Below the pieces are notes generated by a model that had not been told where the DNA came from, ran no database searches, and saw nothing but the letters and a program-made list of their open reading frames with translations. Source: Antedon mediterranea (Eukaryota > Animalia > Echinodermata). From it: a stretch of 64,000 nt of DNA. The stretch is from assembly GCF_964355755.1 (NCBI RefSeq), contig NC_092671.1, positions 9,548,001-9,612,000 on the forward strand. The letters run 5' to 3'. Every line of letters starts with the position of its first letter. Within the stretch, counting starts at the first letter, position 1. Of the stretch, positions 26,201 to 47,218 are shown piece by piece. The position numbers were made by a program, and so were the translations under genes.

Positions 26201-28353
26201 TAAAGCTTAGTCTAAGCTAATTTACAGTCCTAATTTGTTGGAAGTCGCTATCGAACATTTTTTTGTCTTAAGAAATGTGAATGAAAAAGAATATTTCGCG
26301 TTATAACAAATACCGTAAATGCGCGAAGACGGCATGAGTACTTAAAGAAGTGACGTAAAGTAAGTAGGCTGTCAAACAAAATCATTCAAATTATTCTCTA
26401 TTGAAATTTGTTTAGAGAGCAATCCGAACTGATAATTGTTATGCAGAACAAATACATGTAGACCTTCAGATTGCACAACGACAGGCCTTCGATTATTACG
26501 ATAAATATTGCCGGACAATGAGCCTCTTAAATGGTTTAGTATTTAAATAATTTAAGTAGTATCCATAAATTATAGTCGTTGTAAGGATTAACGCAGCGTG
26601 ATTTCTATGGGCCTACTCCGGGAAGAGTGAAACTGTTTCAATTTAATTGATTTCCACAATATAATAACATACATACAGGATAATTAATGCAATGAAGTAA
26701 TCATGGGGGGGGGGGGGCATAGGCCTATAAGTCATAAGTGTGACCCAATCCAAGATATAACTGTATGAAATTCATTTATTGTTTCCACACAATTTTACAA
26801 TACATTTATTTACAATTTTTAAAAGACGAATCTACAAGATGAATTCTAAATAAATTACGAAAAAAACGTTGTTTCTTGGCAACAGCCAGTAAATGTAGTC
26901 TATTATGTTTAAAGGAAATAGCACAATCGATTTCTTAGCCGAGTTTCGTTTCTGAATCATAGATCTCGATACTAAAAATACGGACTAGTAGTAGAGGTAC
27001 ATTCGAATTGAATAATGAGGTAAAAAATCTATTTGCGTTAAGTTTAGGTCAAGCAAACTGAAAATAAATACTGTGAAATACAAATGTTCTGCAGTTTCCT
27101 ATTATGCCACATTCGAGACTCTAAATTTAGGCTGGTGGATATTTTTCCAATTGTTTTGTTTGGTAGAATTCTGGGAAGTGCCTAATTAATAATTAACTAT
27201 TCGCTAACTTAAAGGGCTTGGAATGTACGTGTTTATTAATGTATCCATTATGTAATATTATAACAACGTTTTCAGAAAATAAAATGTAGGTAGGCCCATG
27301 CCTACTTACAATTAATAAAGTTGTAATAAAGATTTCACAGGAATACACATGTAAAATAAATATAGGCAACATTATTAAACTTATAAATCCAGTAATCCTA
27401 TAATAATTATATTATATTACCTTAAAGTTTTCAACATGGCTCGTGACGTACTTGCTGAAGACATGGTTAATGAATTAGGTTGGAAACACTTTAAAATTAA
27501 ATCCTGCAAACTATACGTTATAGGCCTTTATAATTATACCGATAATTGTGATCAAGAGGCCTTAGTGAACTCCACATAAAATCAGTTTAGCGTCAGTGAT
27601 TTGTGAAATCAGGCTTTGCAATAATCGTTCCAGATGTACGGAGTTCACAGAAAAACAGCAAAATAATACGATTACATGTGTTGTGTGCATACACCTTCCG
27701 TGTACTTTTCCACAATAATGTTTATATAGGTAGCAAATTAGGACGCTCTGAACGTTCTGATTCGACAGTAGAGCAAGCTGCTTAGGCCTATTTGTTCCAT
27801 TTTGTGCAATTAAAGGCGTTTACGTTGAGCGCCGCATTTGAATTGTTCACAACAAGCTATACTTAAACCTTCAATGCTATTTGTTTCGTAAATGAGACTG
27901 ACAATTCGTCAGGCACAGCTTTGACTTTTTCCAGGTGAATGTACAGCATACCTTTGTTGTACATCAAACGTAGTTACAATTAGTGCGTTTACGTTGAGTG
28001 CGTTTTACCATAAATCCACAGCGACTTTGCTGCTAAAGGTTTTTAATCTTTCGTTTACGTTACGCTTTATACTGTAAAATGGTTCTCGTTTTAACGCCGA
28101 TTCTTAAAAAACAGCTGAAGTAATTAAGCTACGCATGTATGTAAATTAGGTCCGATTTTGAAAGTGATACTTTTCAGTTAGGCGTGCCTAGTCAAGCACA
28201 ACGTACGTAGTAACGTTTCTTGATTGTCGCATTTTTATTGGTTGCTTTACATTAAATTTGCTTGTATTAGCCCGGAGAATTTTAAGACTTTTCTAGTGTT
28301 TCTATTTAATTGCCATTGAGACTTGGTGGTTGACATACATCGTACGGCACTTA

Positions 28354-28532
28354 AGCGTGGTTCCCACTAGCGACGCAACACAAGGACGTAACGCAACGCA
28401 AGTGAATTGACCAATCACAAGCGATGGCTTATTCGCTTGTGATTGCTAACTGTCTATAACTTCGCTTGTCATTGGTTAAAACGCTTGCGTTGCGTTTACG
28501 TCCTTGCGTTACGTTCTAGTGGGAACCAAGCT
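28354..28532. mobile_element. Harbinger-type palindromic MITE, family B
   Basis: AGCGTGGTTCCCACTAG...CTAGTGGGAACCAAGCT with long imperfect arms and a TTA TSD on both sides. Confidence 0.8.
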
Positions 28533-28962
28533 TTAGCTTGGGTTTCCCGCCACTGTAAGTGGCAATTCACGTTTTTGCTGTAAAATAGTGTGAAAATGAA
28601 AATACAAAAAATCTCATTCCTTAATTACTAAAGTCTTCCTTTATTCAAAATAGAACACAAAAACACTAAAACTCCAATAATTACAATTTCAACTCCAATT
28701 CAAAATTTATATTCTTAAACATTTTCTCAGCTTTAACAGATTTTAGCAGATTTGTATAGTTTTATCATCAACAATGGAATATGTAATTTCACAAGTGAAC
28801 CAGGTAATGATGTACTCAGTGGAAGTCTCTTATATTATGATTTAAGTATGCCCTAAACTACTTCTAGCCCAATCATATCAGCCTCAAGATGGTTTTGGCT
28901 AGCTGATTTGAACGGCTTTCCTCGAGGCCCCCTCTCTCTTGATGTAGCAGCAGTTACTATAA

Positions 28963-37021
<8,059 letters not shown>

Positions 37022-37278
37022 TTTGACTCAAATACTTTTTGACACGGTTCAGTGGTTTTCACAACAACAAACAGGGTGTATCGTTATTGTGTCTGGACCC
37101 ACAAGACCAACTAACTTTCTTTTGTTTCAAAGATTTTAAATTCATGTTTATTATTATAAATTCCTAATGTGTAATATAAACAAATTACAATCGTGTACAT
37201 CTGATGACCATTTTCGTTTATATTATAATTGTACAATTTAGAATGAAATATGATCATTTTCCTAAATGTGTTATAGGC

Positions 37279-37364
37279 TAGGCCAATTTAAATATATTTA
37301 AATTGGCCTATAACATATGTAACTCAGGTTAAAATAAATAATCATTCATATATGAATGATTATT
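37279..37364. repeat. Two adjacent perfect palindromes (32 bp and 28 bp)
   Basis: TAGGCCAATTTAAATA|TATTTAAATTGGCCTA (37279-37310) and AATAATCATTCATA|TATGAATGATTATT (37337-37364). Confidence 0.85.
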
Positions 37365-37496
37365 AATTTATTATAATAATTATTTATAAAATAATAATTA
37401 TGTTTATGATTAGTAGGCAAGTTAGTATGGCTCTATATCGAATTACGGGATTCCTGTACATTATTCTACCAAGTTCATTTTGTCTCGACGCCTTTC

Positions 37497-40091
<2,595 letters not shown>

Positions 40092-43000
40092 AATTTCATA
40101 GAAATTAGCATACTTCTAATTTCGTAAGTGGATCTGTAAAACTGGAAACAAAAAGAGATATCTTAAAATGTGTATTATTTATTAACTCAACCTAGAGTTG
40201 CTTTAACGTTTTGTATCATTAAATAAAATGTCATAATGTTAATTGTTTTACATTTCCTTTTAAGTTAATTCATACGCAAACTTCAGCAAAAACTTCGAGT
40301 TTGGCAAGAAAGGTGTAGATCAATTCACAAACTGAAGAAAACTAATTTGTATCTTCTTAATAAACTAATTAGCTGACGTTTGTCAGCAACAGCGAATCAA
40401 ATAATAGCCTTTGAATTCATGTTACCCTGCATGTATTCAAACTCGAAAAAGCCAATCTACACTGATTTTTTTCAACTGCAGGTATACGTACACTAGTAAA
40501 CTTTTCTTGACAAACTCAGAGCTTGCTTTAGTTTGGAAATGTAGCAACACAAACTTTTTTAACGTTGCTGGTGTAAACTAGGTCATTTCCCCCATAGTAT
40601 GCGCTGGTTTCCCTTCCTAGTCTCACTAGCAAACTTTACCGAAGTTTGGTTGAAAACTCTGTACATGGACCTATATGGCATTCTATGAGTTTGCCACTGT
40701 GGGTTCGTGATTTATCATGTCTTTAGTTATTATTAGACGCTGTTATTTTTTTTTCATTTCATCAGCTTTTAATTCAGCAATACGAGGCGTCGCCAGAGAC
40801 ATCGTGTAATGTGAACACAATATCCTAACTTTGTCACTTCCTACTATCACCTCGTAGATAGTTAAATATGTAGTGTGTATTGTAGACCTAGGCCTAGGCC
40901 TGGGTTATAAAATGGCCAGCATCGGGCTTCCTTATACCTACAGTCAGTCACACTTTGCTCCTAGACGTTTTCTCTCAATAACATAAATGATATTATGATC
41001 TATTGCGACATAATTTGATTAAAACAAGTGAATATATTTACCATTAACTGAGAAACGTTAAATACACACCAAAATATTTAGAATCATTTTCATAGTTGAC
41101 TTTACCTTAATTCAACGATATAAAAGCATTCTTTCCTTCTGAAAAACCGTTGTTAAAAATCATCAAGGCATGCCATAGTTAACAGCGCCTAATCTTAGCA
41201 TAACAATCCATGCCCACTAGACCATGAACGTATTATTTTTCATCTGAATTGTTACGGTACTTATCATTTATTTTATTCTAGCATACATCTAACTATATAG
41301 TACTAGATATACTTAAACTTTCCGGAATTTCTATGCCTAGCCTACAACTAAAAGTGTAATTATTATTGTATAAAAAGTTTGTTTATTATATCCACATAAT
41401 GGCTTGTAGTATAACTTAACAACAAGAATTTGTGTAAAGTTTTATAGGATAATCAAAAATTATAATAGTTTCCGGTAATACACATAATTATCATGTTCAT
41501 GGAACGTGAGAGATTTTTAAACTTCTTCACGCCCAAATTACGTCACGTTGTCGGAATATCTTTAATGTCATATATTTCTCAATACGTCATTACTGGCATC
41601 CATTTAGACGTTCAGGAAGCGTGTGAATATATTTACATTATCAAAATGTAAAGTATGTACAAACAAGTACATCCTAATTATTAGTAAGCAAAAGTTCAAA
41701 ATAATTTTAAAAAGTGTTGATCACACTTAGTAAACTAGCCGTGCCCAAATGTAGTGCGTCAGAATCAAGAACGTTTTATTTATTTTATTTTTTAAACATA
41801 TTTATACAGGATAACATAATTCAGAATTAAGGTGGTACAACTAGTTTTCAATATGGTCGATCCTGTTTAAAACTAAAACGGACGCTATACTACACAACAA
41901 TGCGATAAAAAAAATCAATAAAGTATAGGACAAATTACAAATATATTTTTTTATATAATAAAATTCGAAACTTTGAATGAAAGTAAATTGTTGAATTTTT
42001 ACATGTATTTTATTCCAGGCATTTGCACTTGCACTTAGCAAACTATTGAAAATAACGCAGTTGGGTGTTCCCTCTCATAGGAGATTCCGTGTTAATTCCG
42101 AACGAGTTCGATCATATTATTGTCACTAGGAAGTGTATAATAGAGTAAGAACAATACAATTTACCGAGTTCGTGTACTAATATTAAAAGCAGGGAAGAGA
42201 GAATGTAATCTCACCCTTTCAAATTAAATGTAGTTTTTAAGTGTTCCCTTTACAGGCCTACAAATACATTTGGAGTAAGACCAACTAATTCATATTAGAT
42301 AAATTATAATCAATATTAAATATGATTATAATTCATATATAACAGTAGCTTATTCATTGTTAATATTGTTCAAAATCTTGGAAGGACATGTCAATATTTC
42401 CACTGGAAATGATACTTGGGTACTGACCACGTATATACCTACAATTGAAGTAAGCAAAAGGTCATTATGACAAACACATTGCTTATTATTTACTGTTTAC
42501 GTAGCCGTTGTCAAACCACCTGTAGTAACTCTGCATGGTTTTTATACGAAGGTGCGCAACTGTGTGTTTTGTAATTATGGTGTGCCAACACGCACAAATC
42601 AGCAGATCACACCACGGCCACTTTTGACTGTCACACCCCTATGATTCATTTCGGTATTTTGGTTTATCTTATTTGAAAGCTTAAGCGATATAAATAATCT
42701 CTGGGCCATCATTAAACATATATAAACTAGACAAATCTGGTAAATTGATGGGCGATATATAAGAGTTGAAGTAATTAGCAACTGCATTACAAGAAGAACT
42801 CAACATTTTTAGTAGAAGAGGCCAGACGAAAATTGAATTACTAATTACAGGACATTTTTTACTGACTGACATTGGCTGATCTTGATTACTTTTCTGTTTG
42901 AAATAATATTTCTGGAAAAAGAGCTTTGAGATGGATCATCTTAGATACATCGCATGCGCAATATTATTTTCACACGTAAGTAACTTTTTTTTCAAAAGTT

Positions 43001-43344
43001 AAATAAAAGCTGTTATCGTCGTTGATGATGAAAATTATATGTTTAACAAATCAAATAGCACGCATAAATACAAAGTACTCACGCTAGTCAGCTTAATATG
43101 TTGTTTAATTTTAAAATATTGCCTCAGCAAAGAGGTATCATTTTTTTAAAAGGATTATAATTGTATGGCATTGTCTAATCTATTTTCGAAGACGTTTTTT
43201 GTTCATTTCATTTCATTTCATTTTCTTTACTCCACCAATCTTAACAAATGAAAAACAACGGTGAAGAAATATTGAGAGCTAATCTATTCCTAGGTCTCAA
43301 CTTTACAATTAACAACAATGAAAGAAGTAACTGGAAAAACCACC

Positions 43345-44091
43345 CGATATTGTAATGAGGAGGTTGAAAATGAAAATCATATGTTATTTACATGCAAAGA
43401 AGTAAAACATTGCTGGGTAAAATGTTGCGCTATGCTGAAAACATGTTTTGCATTTACTCAGGAAGTTACATGGGAGAAAATTTTACTTGGAAAATATGAT
43501 GTCAAAATTAATGAAATATTTTCCATTTTAACTTTCTGTGTTTATAAAAATAAAGTCAAACACAGACTAGGACTTGTTAAAAAATGTCCATGGTTACTGT
43601 TCACTGCGGAGTTAGAAGATATAATCAATTGTGAGTTTTTAATAAATAAAGAAAAGGCAAAACAAATGTGGTCAGATATGGACCGTAACAATTTAGCAAG
43701 GTATAAAATTAACGTTTATAAAATTGATATTTAGGTAAAGTAAAATATAACCTTTTTTTTTTTTTTTTTTTTTTTTTTTGATTGCCTGAAAGAGATAAAA
43801 AGAGTTATAAAATTAAGAATTCTGTGGTAAATTATACGTACATTGTTAAGGATTGAAAAACGTGTAAAGAGTGTATAACATAGAGGAATTTTTTTTTCTT
43901 TCCTTATACAGTACTATTATATATAAAATGCAATGGTAGGAGTGAGATATCAGTTGTACTGAAAGTTAGTTAATGTCAATTATATTGTATTGTATCATTA
44001 CATTACTCATGTGCTCAATGTACTCATTGTAAACGAACATTTTATTGATGAAGAAATAAAAGTGGGTCGATCCTACATAAGACAAAAAAAA
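43345..44091 (+). mobile_element. 5'-truncated L1/Tx1-type non-LTR retrotransposon (C-terminal zinc-finger region, 3' UTR, poly-A)
   Basis: ORF YCNEEVENENHMLFTCKEVKHCW...TWEKILLG matches the C-terminal Cys/His (zf-RVT-like) region of L1/Tx1 ORF2. AATAAA then an A-run at the 3' end. A 34-bp direct repeat flanks it (43311-43344, 44092-44125). Confidence 0.75.
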
Positions 44092-45623
44092 AACAACAAT
44101 GAAAGAAGTAACTGGAAAAACCACCAGATACTTGTAGAGACAATAAACTGCGGAAATCTGCAGTTTCTTTTGTCCTGGTTGTATAACCATATCCAAATCT
44201 ATTATCATCTATAGATATAGAACGAACATCGGCTTGAAAGGTTTGATATTCAAACGAATCAGGTCGGAAATTAAATAGAAATGTGTACTCTTATTGATTC
44301 ATTAATTTAGTTTCAATTATTCTCTCAGTCCTACTGTATTTAGTTTTGCAATTAAAACTTTAAATAACTTTTTTCCAAACATAACGATAAAAAACTAAAA
44401 CTTGATACCGAAACGTATGAACATTAGTCAATATTTCCCAGGATGAAACCATGGACCAAGATCCAACACAGATGTGAAAACCTTTTGATACCTAAATTGA
44501 CATAATTATGATTGAATAGATTGTAAATTTAGTATTACAAAAAAAAAATAAAAAACCCTTTATGTCCAACATTAATTTAGCGATCAATTTCTACAGATTA
44601 CTGTAGTTCTCACATAGAAGTAACAAAACCAGTTTTAAAACCAAATGTAAAAGTCATTTCTCGGCTAATGTTTCTTACAATATTCTCAAAGTCCATAAAC
44701 TTGGCATTTATCATAAAACAAAAAACCCTGGACAATTACCCCCCGGACAACCCGGGCCTGAATTACCTTCAAACTGGTTATTTCTATTCTATCAACGATA
44801 AGGTATTGATAAAAAGAAGAATGTATAACCTAAAATTACCACTGAAAATCTATTTTTATATATTTAATATATAATTTAATCGCAAGTTACTTATCATAAT
44901 CTTTATTATCTTAGATAGGGACAATGACAATTCCGGTGTTCTAGTTTGGTTAGTTAGTTTGTGGTGTAACGATTACCGTAAGTGATTAAACGACTGCCGT
45001 TGATCTAGCCATTCCCTAAAATTGAATAACTTTGATACGAATTCCAAAATTATAGAAAAACAAATGTGCTTTTACGGTAGGTTTATACTCGATGAATATC
45101 ACAGCATTCATTTGAAATATAATTTGGGTCAACCTAAGATATACTTTTCAACAATGAGTTTTGAACCCATCGGTATTTCATTTAAAATCGATAATCAATT
45201 AAATATCGATAACAACAAAATATCGTTTACCATTACAGAACTGTGTTTATGTCTAAGTAACATTTATTTTCAATAAGTGTACAACTTTACGTAAGTAACT
45301 ACATAATTTAGGAAATGTACAGCAGTATTTGAAAAATAAGTCCCTGTTTTGAAAGGTAGGCCCATAGTCATTTATCCTTCATACGTACTACAGTATTGAC
45401 ATTGTTGATTATTGTTTCTCGAACAATGTCAAACAAACTATATAGACATAGTATACTGTATGTCAATGTTCTGATCACGTTCTGTAAACATTCAAATAGC
45501 TTTACAATGATTATTAATTCTCATTATCACTAATTTGAAGTATTTGTTTTAAGAACAGTCAAGAAAAGTAATCTTTTTTACTTTTTGTCAAATACCTCAA
45601 GTAAAATTTATTCAATATTAAAA

Positions 45624-47040
45624 TTTCATTTTTTTCATTTATTCCACATTTATTTAGTCATCAATTACAGTACATCATAATTACAGTACAACTGAGAACA
45701 GGGATCCTGCATAAAAAAGCTTTAGCTTCGTTTTTTTGTAGGACCCTTTTACATAAGAACAAGTATATAGAACTTAAATAAACAAAGGTGTTGTTAATCA
45801 GCATATAGTGATAAAAAGTATTTTTTAACCTGTTTTTTTATACATTTATTTTGTTTCTTTAAGATAACCGGTTTATTACCACCATTACAAGTGAATTCTT
45901 TCCACAATTTTGGTCCATATATGTGTATAAACTGTTGACTGCAAGTTAGTCTTGTGAAGGGAATTTCGAATTCAGTTTCTGTTCTGAGGTTATGAGTAGG
46001 CCTAATACTGTCACAGTAATTAAAAATATTTAAAATGTGATGTGGTAATTCATTGAATTTTACGTTTGCCATAAATCCTATGACGTTTACTTTGTAAATA
46101 TCATAAACGTTTAATATTTTTAGTTTCTTAAACAGTGGCTCTGAGGCTTGTCTGGATTTAGAGAAGGTAATGCATTTTACAGCTCTCTTTTGGAGTTTTA
46201 GTATTACTTCTAACGTGCTCTTGTATGTATTTCCCCATATTAAGTTACCATACTGAAGGTGAGGTAATACTAAGGTGTTATAAAGACTAATACGGACTTT
46301 ATGAGGAAAGAATTCTCTTACTTTTAAAAGTATACCAATTGCCCTAGACTTTTTTTTCCTAATAAGCTGTATGTGATGTTTCCAGTTAAGATTTTCGTTT
46401 AACATTACACCTAGAAATGTCACATTTTCTTTTCTATGTAATAACACATTATTCATTTTTATTTTAAACTGGTTTTTGTCAAAGTTCTTTTGGCTAGTTC
46501 TAAAAACAACGTAATTAGTTTTGCTGACATTCAGTAACAGCTTATTTGCTTTAAGCCATACGTTTATTTTTTCTAGTTCAATATTCATAGTATGGTTTAA
46601 CATTGTAGGGTCATCTCCCCTTGTTATACAAGTTGTGTCGTCAGCAAAACTAATTATATCTATTTTACTACTTGCTCGACTTATATCATTGATGTAAATT
46701 AAAAACAAAAGTGGTCCTAAAACAGAACCCTGTGGCACCCCTATATTGGTGTCTTTTAAACATGATGATCTACCGTTGGCATAAACATATTGTTTGCGGC
46801 CACTTAAATAGTTTCTAAACCACATTAAAACGATGCCTCTTATACCATAATGCGCCAATTTGCTCAACAGAATACTGTGATCGATAATGTCAAACGCTTT
46901 TGACAAATCCATAAAGGTAGTAAGTGCATATTCCTTTTTTTCAAATGCATTTAATATTTTATGGACCAAGTCGATCATAGCATGAGAAGTTGAGTGTTTG
47001 TTTCTAAATCCATATTGATTGTTGCTTAACACTTGTGTTG
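45624..47040 (-). mobile_element. 5'-truncated CR1-group LINE (Crack/Daphne/L2-like) with an uninterrupted RT ORF fragment
   Basis: ORF 47032-45794 contains QYGFR, FMDLSKAFD, GVPQGSVLGPLLFLIYINDI, FADDT, FLGV and LQYGNLIWG...LQKRAVKCI. 3' UTR hairpin at 45701-45746 and an AATAAA/(AAATG)-type tail. No endonuclease domain. Confidence 0.92.
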
Positions 47041-47218
47041 AAAGCAGTCACCGATTTTGCACCTACACATAGATTGTTGCTTAATGCTGTAGAGGCGAAA
47101 ATCAAACTTTACAGTATTTTAAATAAAATTAGAAATTTAGGTATTTTTAGATAATAATGATTAGGTAATGATAATAATTCGTTCGGAATAAAGTTAACTT
47201 AATGTATTCAATATTTAG

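Noticed and set aside
44915-44977. Alternative signal-peptide exon for the DSL gene (ATG 44924 ... ACC|GTAAGT)
   Set aside because: The phase-0 frame has two TAG stops. At best a non-coding leader exon; 47219-47278 gives a better signal peptide.
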